The notes under the pieces: model-generated
Databases searched by the model: none
Told to the model about the DNA's origin: nothing
What the model saw: only the letters and a program-made list of their open reading frames with translations
Shown here: piece by piece, positions 30,029-40,525 of the stretch
Layout of the letters: every line of letters begins with the position of its first letter
How positions within the stretch are numbered: the stretch's first letter is position 1
Assembly (NCBI GenBank): GCA_048885525.1
Contig: JBHLLP010000005.1
Location: forward strand, 1 to 64,000
Length of the DNA: 64,000 bases
From: Candidatus Hermodarchaeota archaeon
Lineage (GTDB): Archaea > Asgardarchaeota > Lokiarchaeia > Sigyniarchaeales > SOKP01
Direction of reading: 5' to 3'
Translations under genes and position numbers: made by a program

Positions 30029-31975
30029 TTGCGTTATTCAGATTATAAAATCCATCCAATTCCCCTCTCTCAGGTAAGAATTGAAGATAAATTCTGGTCT
30101 TCTAAAATTGAAGTTAATAATCTAATAACAATTCCTCATGCCTTTAAAAATTTAGAAAATACTGGAAGTATTGACAATTTTTTTAGAGCTGCGGCATTTT
30201 TAAGAGATGGAAAAGCACCGACATTTCCTTTTGATGATTCTGATGTCTATAAAGTTATTGAAGGAGCAGCATATTCACTAATTTTAATTCCGAATCTTAA
30301 ACTCGAAAAATATCTTGATAATTTAATTGAAAAAATAGCAGCAGCTCAAGAAGATGATGGATACATATATACTACTCGTACAATAAACCCTGATAAACCT
30401 CATATATGGGCAGGGAAAAAAAGATGGGAATTAGTTTCAGTTTTAAGTCATGAATTATATAATATAGGTCATCTTATTGAAGCTGCTATCGCTTACTATC
30501 AAGCTACAGGTAAAAAAAAGTTGTTAAATGTAGCGATCAAGAGTGGAGACTTAGTGGAGATGGATTTTGGGCCGGGGAAAATCGAAAAAATTCCAGGACA
30601 TCAAGAGATTGAATTAGCGTTAGTAAAATTATTTAAAACGACTAATAATGACAAATATCTGCGCTTAGCTAAGTATTTTCTTGATATTCGTGGTTCTACT
30701 AATGTATTTGAGCATCAAAATTCGTTTAAACAATTAAAAAATGATAACCCTCTTATACAGAATACAAATGCCCGAGAATATAACCAAAGCCATAAAAGAA
30801 TTATTGAACAGGATGAAGTAGTTGGGCATGCTGTTAGAGCAATGTATATGTATTCTGCCATTACAGACATATCAGCCCTTTATAACGATATAAAATATCG
30901 ATCTGCTATAACTAGACTTTGGGATAATATAATTTCAAAAAAAATATATATTACAGGTGGAATTGGGTCGAGATCACATGAATATGGGGAAAGTTTCTGG
31001 GATGATTATAAATTACCTAATTTTGAAGCATATAATGAAACTTGTGCAGCTATCGGAAATATGTTTTGGAATTACCGACTTTTTTTATTACAGGAAGATG
31101 CTAAATATATTGATGTTCTAGAGCGAATATTATATAACAGTTTCCTCTCAGGAATCTCTATTGATGGGAAGAAATTTTTTTATTCTAATCCGCTTGCTTC
31201 AAAGGGAAATGCTAGAAGGAGATCTTGGTGGAAGGTAGCTTGTTGTCCTACGAACTTCGTGCGATTTATTCCCCAGATTTCGAGTTATATTTATGCTAAT
31301 GCGAATAATTGTATTTTTGTTAATCTTTTTGTTGGAAGTAGTGCATCAATTAATCTTCAAGACACAGAAGTGTCATTATTTCAAGAAACAAATTACCCAT
31401 GGGATGGAGCTGTGAAAATTACACTCTTCCTTACTCAAAAGAAACAATTTGTAATTGCAATTCGAATTCCTGGATGGACTCAGAATAAACCCATGCCAAG
31501 TGATTTATATCGCTACTTAACAGTGAATAATCAGAAAACAAAGTTAAAAGTTAACAATGAAATAATGGAATTTGAAATAAAAAATGGATTTGCTAGAATT
31601 CAAAGAACTTGGAAAGATAATGACACCATTGAGTTAAACCTACCAATGCCTATTAGAAGGGTAATAAGTGATCCAAAGCTTAAAGAAAATAACAATAGAG
31701 TAGCAATTGAGCGAGGTCCAATTGTTTATTGTATTGAAAGCATTGATAACGAAGGTGAATCAATATTTAACATCAAATTAAACGATAATGATTCACTTCA
31801 AGAGAAATATCAGAGTAGTCTACTTAAAGGAATTGTCACCATTACAAATTATGTTAAAAGAAAGAATAAGAACCTGGAGAAAATATTTGCGATTCCTTAT
31901 TATGCGTGGGCTAATCGAGGTAAAAGTAAAATGACAGTATGGATATGTCGAGACTCTCAAGTAGCTCTTTCTTAA
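30029..31975 (+). CDS. Glycoside hydrolase family 127 (beta-L-arabinofuranosidase-like)
   Basis: DSDVYKVIE, HELYNIGH, GHAVRAMY, YNETCAAIG, CCPTN and RGPIVYC. Confidence 0.92.
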   Translation: MRYSDYKIHPIPLSQVRIEDKFWSSKIEVNNLITIPHAFKNLENTGSIDNFFRAAAFLRDGKAPTFPFDDSDVYKVIEGAAYSLILIPNLKLEKYLDNLIEKIAAAQEDDGYIYTTRTINPDKPHIWAGKKRWELVSVLSHELYNIGHLIEAAIAYYQATGKKKLLNVAIKSGDLVEMDFGPGKIEKIPGHQEIELALVKLFKTTNNDKYLRLAKYFLDIRGSTNVFEHQNSFKQLKNDNPLIQNTNAREYNQSHKRIIEQDEVVGHAVRAMYMYSAITDISALYNDIKYRSAITRLWDNIISKKIYITGGIGSRSHEYGESFWDDYKLPNFEAYNETCAAIGNMFWNYRLFLLQEDAKYIDVLERILYNSFLSGISIDGKKFFYSNPLASKGNARRRSWWKVACCPTNFVRFIPQISSYIYANANNCIFVNLFVGSSASINLQDTEVSLFQETNYPWDGAVKITLFLTQKKQFVIAIRIPGWTQNKPMPSDLYRYLTVNNQKTKLKVNNEIMEFEIKNGFARIQRTWKDNDTIELNLPMPIRRVISDPKLKENNNRVAIERGPIVYCIESIDNEGESIFNIKLNDNDSLQEKYQSSLLKGIVTITNYVKRKNKNLEKIFAIPYYAWANRGKSKMTVWICRDSQVALS

Positions 31976-32064
31976 TGTTAATATTACGAATTGGGTTAAG
32001 TTTTAATGAAAAAAAAGATTTATTAAGAGTAATAGATCAATGAATAAGAATATCTCAAAATTAT

Positions 32065-32730
32065 ATGACAAATTTTAAATCTGTTGTCAGTAAACTACAA
32101 AAACACTATCCTGATGCATCGGATGTAGTTATTGTGAGCAATAACGGTAAAATTCTTTATTCAACAAGTAAATGGGATGTTAAAAATGATATTAATAGTT
32201 TTTTAAGTAGCTGGGAAAGTGGTACCGCGCAATTTGTAACTCTAAATGGGATTAGATATTCAATACTTCAAATGGAGCCTGAACGCTTTATTGGGACTAA
32301 TCGCCAAAAAAAGGGACATCTTATCGGTGCCGCATCTCCAGATGGAGAAAAATATATGGTAGCTCATATTAAACCAAAAGCAAAAGGCTGGTTCCATATG
32401 GCTTATCCTGCTGTAGCAAGAGCCGCAGCTATGTTGAAAAAAGGCATAAAATCTGAATTTATTGGATCTAAAATTGATTTATCTAGTGAAACTAAGCAAG
32501 AGAGCGTGTACGAGAGCTCATCAAGGCAAACTGTAGCCTACCAACCTGCTCCAACTGAACCTACAATTGATCCTTATCTTAAAGCAGAAGTTGAAGGCTT
32601 TTTACAATGGATAAATAACCCATCAGGATTAGCTGGTTATATTTCTTATGTTTTACAACAAAACGACCAATATCGAATTTCTAGACTTGCTGAACTTTAT
32701 AATGAATTATATCACTTATTTTTTGATTAG
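32065..32730 (+). CDS. Loki-type profilin domain with C-terminal extension
   Basis: The N-terminal ~125 aa (VVIVSNNGKILYSTSKWDV..GIRYSILQMEPERFIGTNRQKKGHLI) resembles Lokiarchaeal profilin as recalled (G+kY.i....ER.IGTN...KGH). Confidence 0.72.
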   Translation: MTNFKSVVSKLQKHYPDASDVVIVSNNGKILYSTSKWDVKNDINSFLSSWESGTAQFVTLNGIRYSILQMEPERFIGTNRQKKGHLIGAASPDGEKYMVAHIKPKAKGWFHMAYPAVARAAAMLKKGIKSEFIGSKIDLSSETKQESVYESSSRQTVAYQPAPTEPTIDPYLKAEVEGFLQWINNPSGLAGYISYVLQQNDQYRISRLAELYNELYHLFFD

Positions 32731-32917
32731 GAGATCCCGCTTAATAATCATCTTTTTAATTTAAGTTATATTCTACACTAAAGTTTAAATTCGCTTAGTC
32801 AATTAATTTAAACTTTAAATATTCATTACACTGAAACGATATTCTTAATTGAAACGTTTATTATCTTATATGAATTATAAATAATTAATCTAAAATTCAT
32901 AACGAATAAGAGAAAAA

Positions 32918-33691
32918 ATGAGTCTACCGTCAAAAAAAGCTATTCAAGTGGATGAGAATACAGTAGATTATGAGTACAAGATGTTAAATCATGTTATGCA
33001 ACTAAGATACCACGAAGATAAATGCGTCGAATGTGGATTTTGTCATCGTGTTTGCCCCGTTACTGTCTCTATTTATGATGAACCTCTAAAAAAGACAGCT
33101 ATAGGAACCCCAAAAGATATGAAAATTGAATCAAACAAAAAAATCGTAGTCGATACTGAAAAATGCGTCTGGTGCGGGTGTTGTACATGGATCTGTCCTG
33201 GTTATACATTAGAGCTTTTCATTAATGGTGAGAAAAAACTAAATGTAGTTGAAAATGGTTCACTTCCCGAATTTGAAGAAGAGGTAAGAACATTAGAGAA
33301 TGGACAAAAAGTACGTAAGGTTGTAGAAGGGTCTATAACAATTAATTGCAATGAGAAGGATACAAAGGTTTTAGATGCTTTTTGTGATGAATGCGCTGTA
33401 AGTGCCATGGAAAGAAAGGATAAAGAAATTGAAGCAGATCGAGATAAATGTATTTTATGCTTTAAATGTACTGAAGCTGCAGATAATTATGATAATATTA
33501 GCGTTGAGATTCATCGCGATAGATTTAAAAATATAAAAGGAGAACCTTCTTCTGTGTGGAATGGCATCATGTTGAGAGTTCTTGGAAAAGAAGGTAAAAT
33601 TAAAGGAATTATGAGCCGAAGTCAAAACAAACTTGCTGATGCCGTGATGCGATTAATGGGAAAAGAATTTAAAGAAGAAGAGGAAGCCTAA
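32918..33691 (+). CDS. Polyferredoxin (FwdF-like)
   Basis: CVECGFCHRVCP, CVWCGCCTWICP and degenerate CILCFKC. Confidence 0.8.
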   Translation: MSLPSKKAIQVDENTVDYEYKMLNHVMQLRYHEDKCVECGFCHRVCPVTVSIYDEPLKKTAIGTPKDMKIESNKKIVVDTEKCVWCGCCTWICPGYTLELFINGEKKLNVVENGSLPEFEEEVRTLENGQKVRKVVEGSITINCNEKDTKVLDAFCDECAVSAMERKDKEIEADRDKCILCFKCTEAADNYDNISVEIHRDRFKNIKGEPSSVWNGIMLRVLGKEGKIKGIMSRSQNKLADAVMRLMGKEFKEEEEA

Positions 33692-33717
33692 ATCTCCACT
33701 TTTTTATATTATTTTTA

Positions 33718-34614
33718 TTATTTACTCCCTAGTATTTTTTGTTTGTATAATTTATTCTGGTCGAATGCTTGTATAATATCATTCATACGATTTTTAATAT
33801 TTCTCTTATACATTAGATCTGTATGGGATAATATATAAAATGCATCATCTTTTATTGCTTGAAATATAATCTCACCTGCTTGATTGGGTGAAAGACCCGC
33901 TTCAAACATTCGACGAAGCATTTCGAACGTTTTTTTAGATTCTGGATAGTTCTTAATCACTTTTTCTGTAGCAGACATATAATCTGGACCACGATATTCA
34001 TCAGGACGATTTCGTTCACAATCCATTATCGTTGTATTTACAAATGATGGGCAAAAAACAGAAACCTTTATTTTTGAATTTGCTTGTTCAAGCTCCCCTG
34101 CTAAAGCTTCAGAGAGAGCAACAACACCATGTTTTGTAGCAGCATAAATCCCAGTTCCCGTTTCACCTGACATGAGACCAGCAAGAGATGCTGTGTTTAC
34201 GATATGACACTCATTATCTTGTTTAAGCATGATTGGGACAAAATTACGAATGCCATGGATTACACCCCAAAAGTTCACATTAATAATCCATTTCCAATCG
34301 AGTAGAGAATGTTCCCACATAGGTCCAGGCAAGACAACCCCAGCATTATTACATAATAAATTTACTTCACCGAAAGTATCTATTGTTTTTTGCGCTAAAT
34401 TTTCAACATGTTCCGCTTTTGTAACATCTGTTAATACAGATAACACCGCTACTCCCGCTGCTTTTAATTCATCTTCAGCTTTAGATAATGCATCTGCTTC
34501 AAGATCGGCAAGTACAATCTTCATCCCTTCCTTTGCAGCTATGTTAGCAATTCCACGCCCAATACCATTTGCGCCACCAGTGATAACCGCTACTTTATCT
34601 TTAAAATCTTTCAT
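33718..34614 (-). CDS. Short-chain dehydrogenase/reductase
   Basis: TGGANGIG, NNAGV and YAATK. Confidence 0.93.
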   Translation of the reverse strand: MKDFKDKVAVITGGANGIGRGIANIAAKEGMKIVLADLEADALSKAEDELKAAGVAVLSVLTDVTKAEHVENLAQKTIDTFGEVNLLCNNAGVVLPGPMWEHSLLDWKWIINVNFWGVIHGIRNFVPIMLKQDNECHIVNTASLAGLMSGETGTGIYAATKHGVVALSEALAGELEQANSKIKVSVFCPSFVNTTIMDCERNRPDEYRGPDYMSATEKVIKNYPESKKTFEMLRRMFEAGLSPNQAGEIIFQAIKDDAFYILSHTDLMYKRNIKNRMNDIIQAFDQNKLYKQKILGSK

Positions 34615-34853
34615 ATATATCTCACTCTAATTTTTCTTTTTTAAAACCAACATTGGATATTTATAAAAGATAATAAGATTATTTATAACATTTATTAAAA
34701 AAAAAGCAAAATTAAATTATTTCACATTTATATCTCCTTTAAATTTCCTACATATCGTTCTTATATGTGGAAAAATATAAAACTAAAAAATTAAAAAACT
34801 ATCTACCACATATTTAGATTGTCATTTCTAAATTAAATATAAAAAAAGTGATA

Positions 34854-35864
34854 ATGATGGCAAAAAGAGTCGCAATTAATGGTTTTGGTAGAATCGGTCG
34901 ATTATTTTTTAGAGCAGTATACGATAATTTCTGGAATGACATTGATGTTGTTTCAATTAACGATCTGTTTGAACCCAAATATTTAGCATATGCCTTAAAA
35001 TATGATACCGTCTTTGGAAGATTTAAAGGAAAAGTAGAATCAACTGAAAATTCATTGATTATCGATGGTAAAAATATACCAATCACTGCTGAGAGAGATC
35101 CTGCGAATTTACCACATGCTAATAATAATATTGATGTTGCTGCTGAATGTACCGGTCGATTTGTTAATAGAGAAGGAGCTAGCAAACATTTAACTGCTGG
35201 CGCAAAAAGAGTCCTAATTAGTGCTCCAGCAACGGATCCAGATATTACTGTTGTATTGGGATGTAATGATGATAAAATTTCATATGAGCATAAGATTATT
35301 TCGAATGCTTCCTGTACAACTAACTGTCTAGCACCTGTAGTTAAAGTTCTGCAAGATAATTTCAAAATCAAATACGGTTTAATGACAACTATCCACTCAT
35401 ATACAAATGATCAAACTACAGGAGATATCGCAAGAGCAGGTAGTCCAGATAAAATGATTCGTGGAAGATCTGCTGCTCAAAATATGATTCCTACATCTAC
35501 AGGTGCAGCTAAAGCAATTGGATTAGTTTTTCCTGAATTAAAGGGGAAACTAGATGGTATTGCTGTAAGAGTACCAACAATCGACGGTAGTGTAGTAGAT
35601 TTAAAAGCTATTCTAGAAACTAGATGTAATGCTGAAGATATTAATTCTAAAATGAAGGAAGCCTCCAATAACAGTTTAAGGGGTATCTTAGAATATACTG
35701 AAGACCCAATTGTAAGTAGTGATATTATAGGGAACCCACACAGCTCAATATTCAATAGTCTTTGGACTAAAGTTATTGAGGATCAAGTTTTTGTGTTGAG
35801 CTGGTATGATAATGAATGGGGTTTCTCTAACCGAATGGCTGAATTGATTATTAAAAGATTATAA
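34854..35864 (+). CDS. gap: Type I (bacterial-like) glyceraldehyde-3-phosphate dehydrogenase
   Basis: INGFGRIGR, SNASCTTNCLAP and WYDNEWGFSNR. Confidence 0.95.
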   Translation: MMAKRVAINGFGRIGRLFFRAVYDNFWNDIDVVSINDLFEPKYLAYALKYDTVFGRFKGKVESTENSLIIDGKNIPITAERDPANLPHANNNIDVAAECTGRFVNREGASKHLTAGAKRVLISAPATDPDITVVLGCNDDKISYEHKIISNASCTTNCLAPVVKVLQDNFKIKYGLMTTIHSYTNDQTTGDIARAGSPDKMIRGRSAAQNMIPTSTGAAKAIGLVFPELKGKLDGIAVRVPTIDGSVVDLKAILETRCNAEDINSKMKEASNNSLRGILEYTEDPIVSSDIIGNPHSSIFNSLWTKVIEDQVFVLSWYDNEWGFSNRMAELIIKRL

Positions 35865-35900
35865 ATGTAAAATTTATTCAATCCTTTTTTTATTTTTTTC

Positions 35901-36455
35901 CTATAATATAAGATTTAGAAGTGTAATTATAGTTATTAAGAAACTACTTAATAGAATTATAAAAAGATTAGAACTCTGCGTTTTAATTCTTCTTCTTATA
36001 AGCATGAATTTAAATCCTACAGCAATGTGTAATATTATACAAATTGCTAGAAAGTAATCATAATAGATATGCACTTCAAAAGGAATTACAATTCCTATAG
36101 TTCCTTGATACCAATCAAAATATCCTAGACCTGATAAAACAACCAAAGCGGCTAAAATGATTATTACTCTATTTGTAATTAGTTGTATCAACCTTAATAT
36201 GTATATGGGGCGAGCTCTTTCATTTTTTAGCCCTTTAAAGATTCGAGGAAACCAAAGTTTCAAGTATTTTTGTGAAAGAATGCAGTGGATAATAAGTAAT
36301 CCCATTAAAGTCCATTCGACAACCATGTGAAGAATGGGATAGAAATCATAAATTTCCAGAAATTCATGTGAACTCACTATAGCAAGCACAAATAATGAAA
36401 AAACTGCAACTAACCAAGATATATTCCTGTGTAATTTTAATCCGTTTATTTTCAT
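35901..36455 (-). CDS. Membrane protein with conserved His (cytochrome b-like)
   Basis: Multiple TM helices with H residues (ILH..IIH; EVH..ILH). Confidence 0.55.
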   Translation of the reverse strand: MKINGLKLHRNISWLVAVFSLFVLAIVSSHEFLEIYDFYPILHMVVEWTLMGLLIIHCILSQKYLKLWFPRIFKGLKNERARPIYILRLIQLITNRVIIILAALVVLSGLGYFDWYQGTIGIVIPFEVHIYYDYFLAICIILHIAVGFKFMLIRRRIKTQSSNLFIILLSSFLITIITLLNLIL

Positions 36456-36457
36456 AA

Positions 36458-37120
36458 TTACATTTCCTTTTTCTTAAAATTCAATTGATATACAAACCAA
36501 TTTCCAAATTGATCATCTAATTCAAAACCAGCTTCATCTGCCCACTTTTTTTCTGTTTTGCGCCTCGGGTAATCAGGATCAGGAATCATTTCACTTAACG
36601 ATATTAACCCATTAGGTTTTAAAACTCTTTTAATTTCTTTAAGAGCTCGTATAGGTTCTGGAATTTCGGGAAGACAAGCAATCATTAGAATACGATCAAT
36701 GCTTTCATCTTCAAACGAGAGATTATACACATCTTCTATTTTAGGGATAATATTAATAATATTCTCTTTTTCTATTCTTTTTTTTAACCTATTTATTACT
36801 GATTCTTGGATATCTATAGCAAACACTTTTCCTTTCGGTAAAACATTTTTTGCGATTGCTTTTGTATAGCTCCCTTTTCCTGGTCCAATTTCAACTACTA
36901 TCATACCAGATTCGAGATTCATCCTTTCAGCTATCTTTTTAGGTTTTTGTATAAATTTCCTTCTAATAGGATTGTCTATTAGAAGTGTCATAAAACCAGG
37001 GATCGGAAATTTATGATATCTTCGAATTATTCTTAATATGATAAATACAATAAAGAATAAAGTTCCCAGGATTATAAGAAATGTCAAAAAAATGATTCTT
37101 AAGATAAGCCAAATATCCAT
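36458..37120 (-). CDS. Class I SAM-dependent methyltransferase with N-terminal TM anchor
   Basis: VVEIGPGKG, AIDIQ and RVLKPNG. Confidence 0.88.
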   Translation of the reverse strand: MDIWLILRIIFLTFLIILGTLFFIVFIILRIIRRYHKFPIPGFMTLLIDNPIRRKFIQKPKKIAERMNLESGMIVVEIGPGKGSYTKAIAKNVLPKGKVFAIDIQESVINRLKKRIEKENIINIIPKIEDVYNLSFEDESIDRILMIACLPEIPEPIRALKEIKRVLKPNGLISLSEMIPDPDYPRRKTEKKWADEAGFELDDQFGNWFVYQLNFKKKEM

Positions 37121-37211
37121 TGATATTAAACTCTTGAAATTCTACGAAGTTTGTTTAATTAACTAAATAAAAGAATAATCCTTTTAAAGTTCTTTAAATA
37201 ATAAAATAACC

Positions 37212-38141
37212 ATGGATCTTAGCACGGGAAAACCAATTGAATTATCAGATAAAAGTCTATTCGATGAATATTTTAGCAAATATCCCCCAGAAAGTTCTGA
37301 ATTTACATTTACTAACTTGTTTATGTGGAGGAATTATTATAATTTCTTATTTATGGAATTTGAGGGGCATTTAATCCTACATTCTAAAGATTATTTAAGA
37401 AACAGAAAAAAACCGATTAATGCAGACTCTAATAATTATATTTACTTCTTTCCTCCAATAGGTCTTTATCCAGAAAAAATCATTATTAAATTATTTGAAA
37501 ATTTTGAGAATATAGAAATACATAGGGTTCCAGAAGAAATATGTGAAAAATTAGCTCAAAATGAGAATTTTACTAAATTAAATTTAGGTTGCATTGAAGA
37601 TAGGAATAATTGGGATTATGTATATAACAAAGAAGAAATTCTCAATTTAGCTGGAAACAAGTATAGGCAAAATCGAAGGTGGTTACAAAAATTCCTAACC
37701 AATTACAATCACGATTTTAAGTTAATAACGGAAAAAGATATTGAAAAGTGTAAAGAACTTCAATTGGAATGGTGTATAATGAGAGCTTGCACTGAAGATG
37801 AGAGTTTAGAGGCTGAACAAGCGGCGATTTATGAAGCCTTGAACAATTTTAACGCTCTAAAATTTAAGGGGGGAATACTATGTGTTGATGATAAATGTGC
37901 TGCTTATACTTTTGGTGAAATGTTAAATACTAAAACTTTAGTAATTCATATTGAAAAGGCTCACATGGAATATGAAGGATCCTATCAAGCCATCAATAAC
38001 TTCTTCTTAAAAAACTGTTGTGTAGATGCTATATGTGTTAATCGGGAACAAGATTTAGGGATAGAGGGCTTAAGAAGGGCAAAAGAGTCGTATAAGCCAA
38101 TTAAAATGAATAAAAAAAGTATTGTCTATAAAATAGTGTAA
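37212..38141 (+). CDS. DUF2156 / phosphatidylglycerol-lysyltransferase C-terminal-like protein
   Basis: SEFTFTNLFMW, WDYVY, IHIEKA and NREQDLGIEGLRRAKESYKP. Confidence 0.85.
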   Translation: MDLSTGKPIELSDKSLFDEYFSKYPPESSEFTFTNLFMWRNYYNFLFMEFEGHLILHSKDYLRNRKKPINADSNNYIYFFPPIGLYPEKIIIKLFENFENIEIHRVPEEICEKLAQNENFTKLNLGCIEDRNNWDYVYNKEEILNLAGNKYRQNRRWLQKFLTNYNHDFKLITEKDIEKCKELQLEWCIMRACTEDESLEAEQAAIYEALNNFNALKFKGGILCVDDKCAAYTFGEMLNTKTLVIHIEKAHMEYEGSYQAINNFFLKNCCVDAICVNREQDLGIEGLRRAKESYKPIKMNKKSIVYKIV

Positions 38142-38146
38142 TTTAG

Positions 38147-38956
38147 TTATTGTTTATCTCTAATTTTTTCCTTTTTAAAAGCATATAAAGCTTTTAACGG
38201 TAAGGTTGTAAGAAATGCTATATATTCGCGTTCCTTTACTTCAGGATCGTTATTTTGTGCTGTTAATAATTCAATATTCTTTTTAACAAAATCTAGCTCT
38301 GCTTTCTTATATTGCTCATAATATTTTTCACTGAAATAGCTATAACCAATAGAAGGTGCCAATTTCGATTCAAAGCTAAAATATTTGTCATATATTTTTT
38401 TTGCATTTGGGAGATCATCAAGGTGTAATTCAAAACTATTTAATAATGGCTTTAATAAGTCTAATAGTTTTTTAAAACTATGAATTGCAACTCTACAAAG
38501 ATCTATTTCTTTTCTGTAGAATTCAACTAATTTTTTTGGATCTGCTGGTGATTCGTGACTAATCGGACTATATTCAAGTACTTGTAGTACTTTTTTATTT
38601 AGTTGATATAATTTTGGAGGGATTTTTCCTTTTTGATGCTTCTCAGCTTTTCGTGAAATAATCATACCGTCTTCTTCCATACTTTTAAGATGTCTAGCTA
38701 CTGTAGATTTACTTTGTTCAACCATGTGACTAATTTGGGTTATATTCAATTCACCAAATACTGATAAAATGCTCATAAGATCAAATCGTATATTATATTT
38801 ACCCAATAGATGAAACCAGTTTTCAATTGTTTTGATTTCTTTATCATTCAATTTTACTTCAATTTTTTCTCCATTTGGTAAGGTTATAGTGAATTTTTGT
38901 TCCTTATCCACTTTCAGCTTTTCCGGTACAATTTCACGGAATTCTTCTTTAGACAT
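38147..38956 (-). CDS. ArsR-like winged-helix transcription regulator
   Basis: ELNITQISHMVEQSKSTVARHLKSMEEDGMI. Confidence 0.85.
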   Translation of the reverse strand: MSKEEFREIVPEKLKVDKEQKFTITLPNGEKIEVKLNDKEIKTIENWFHLLGKYNIRFDLMSILSVFGELNITQISHMVEQSKSTVARHLKSMEEDGMIISRKAEKHQKGKIPPKLYQLNKKVLQVLEYSPISHESPADPKKLVEFYRKEIDLCRVAIHSFKKLLDLLKPLLNSFELHLDDLPNAKKIYDKYFSFESKLAPSIGYSYFSEKYYEQYKKAELDFVKKNIELLTAQNNDPEVKEREYIAFLTTLPLKALYAFKKEKIRDKQ

Positions 38957-39136
38957 TTTTTAAATCATCACTCTAAAATTCATTAATTTTTTTCATATCG
39001 TGTTAGTTTCAGTTTTTTTCTTTAATAATAATATAGCGTATTATTTTTTTAATTTTTTGGTTTGACAGTCCGTTTCATAAATTTATACATTTTAGTATTT
39101 GAGATTGTTTTTTCTCGATTTAATAGTTCTATTCAA

Positions 39137-39167
39137 TATCATACCAATGATAAGATTTAAATATGAA
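39137..39167 (+). promoter_or_regulatory. Palindromic operator plus TATA core (module 1)
   Basis: TATCAT-ACCA-ATGATA (39137-39152), a 2-nt gap, then ATTTAAATATGAA (39155-39167). Confidence 0.6.
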
Positions 39168-39223
39168 ACGTCCCAATATTATAATGCCATATTGAAAATT
39201 AATTTAAAAATAAAAAATAAGAT

Positions 39224-39931
39224 TTGATGAAAAAAATATTTGAGGTGAAAATGATAGTGAAAAAGAAATCAAATGTGACTAAAGGACTGATCGTCGCAAC
39301 ACTTTTAATAACGATCATTACACTTCTTACAACAGTGAACGCTTGTGCCTCTAATCGCGTCTATTTCATGGCAATAGGAGATGATCTAGATCTCGCTAGA
39401 ACTAATAATTTTATCATAGGTAATATTAAACTCGGTGAAGACGGTGAGCCTGAATCGGCAGGAGTATTTTTCTATTCAAAAATCTATGATGAATCAGGTC
39501 AATATGCAATGATAGGAATGACCACAAATGGGATTCTGGTAACCGACCAATTAACATTTTATTGCCCAGTCTTTAGTGTCTGGTTCACTAATGTGTGGGC
39601 TTTCGTGGGTGAGGGATTGTTTAGAACTACTGATACCAATATCGACTTAGTTTTTCGAAGAACATTTCCAATAACCATGCCAAATACCGAAGGTCAATGG
39701 GTCCCAGCTTCCATTTTTATATGGCTAAGCCCTACAGGTGAATATTATGAAGGTGATCCCGAAGATCCCAATTATCCCCCTCAACCGATAGGCGAAGTTC
39801 AAATTATGGAACCAGGATGGGCCCTTGCTGGGGTTTTTTGGAATGTTAGCATCCCAATGGATGTGGGGTTTGGATTAGGTATATTACCGATCGGTCCGAT
39901 ATCCTATTTGACATCATACATAGAAATATGA
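39224..39931 (+). CDS. Secreted hypothetical protein
   Basis: Basic N-terminus and hydrophobic signal ending VNACA. The start may be ATG 39251, after GAGGTG. Confidence 0.75.
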   Translation: MMKKIFEVKMIVKKKSNVTKGLIVATLLITIITLLTTVNACASNRVYFMAIGDDLDLARTNNFIIGNIKLGEDGEPESAGVFFYSKIYDESGQYAMIGMTTNGILVTDQLTFYCPVFSVWFTNVWAFVGEGLFRTTDTNIDLVFRRTFPITMPNTEGQWVPASIFIWLSPTGEYYEGDPEDPNYPPQPIGEVQIMEPGWALAGVFWNVSIPMDVGFGLGILPIGPISYLTSYIEI

Positions 39932-40055
39932 GTCCCATAACGCTAAGTCATTTGTAACAGATAAAAAATATATTCTAAAATCTTTTTTTTTTAAACCGCT
40001 TTAACCATCAATTTGATGATAATATCAAAATAAAAAAAAATGAATTGATAAAAAA

Positions 40056-40445
40056 ATGACCGAAATTAAAAAACTTACAAAAATTGCTCTTATAGTGGAT
40101 GCTGTTATTTTTATTATATTTGGAACCATGCTTATCTTTCTATATGATGCGACGTTGAATACGGAGGGTTGGACAAATCCATTATTTCCAAGAGGTTTTG
40201 GGGGTCTTATCTATGTCGCTGCTCTTTACGCAGTTATAATGCTTCGCAAAAAGGAATGGGAAGAGATTAAATTGGCATATTTATTTTTGTTTAGCTTGTG
40301 TATACCAGTAATAATTATTGAAGCTACAGTATTAGGAGTGCTTGGGTCAACTTTTAAGGTTGTAACTGTCTCTCAGATGATCTTCGACTTGATTATGATT
40401 AGTGCAAAGGTAGCTCTTGGCTTTGTCGCTTATTTCCGACAGTGA
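40056..40445 (+). CDS. 4-TM membrane protein (paralog of 41693-42097)
   Basis: Starts MTEIKKLTKI and contains KKEWEEIKLAY. Confidence 0.85.
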   Translation: MTEIKKLTKIALIVDAVIFIIFGTMLIFLYDATLNTEGWTNPLFPRGFGGLIYVAALYAVIMLRKKEWEEIKLAYLFLFSLCIPVIIIEATVLGVLGSTFKVVTVSQMIFDLIMISAKVALGFVAYFRQ

Positions 40446-40525
40446 GGATAAACGCAAAAAATGAATAATTTTTAAATTAAATTTTTTTTCTTTTTATTTT
40501 TTCTATATATATTCAGGAACTAATG

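Noticed and set aside
34814-35371. 185-aa minus-strand ORF, and other short ORFs overlapping long genes (e.g. 23836..24177, 34229..34630, 42735..43055, 63457..63675)
   Set aside because: Antisense to well-supported genes and lacking motifs.
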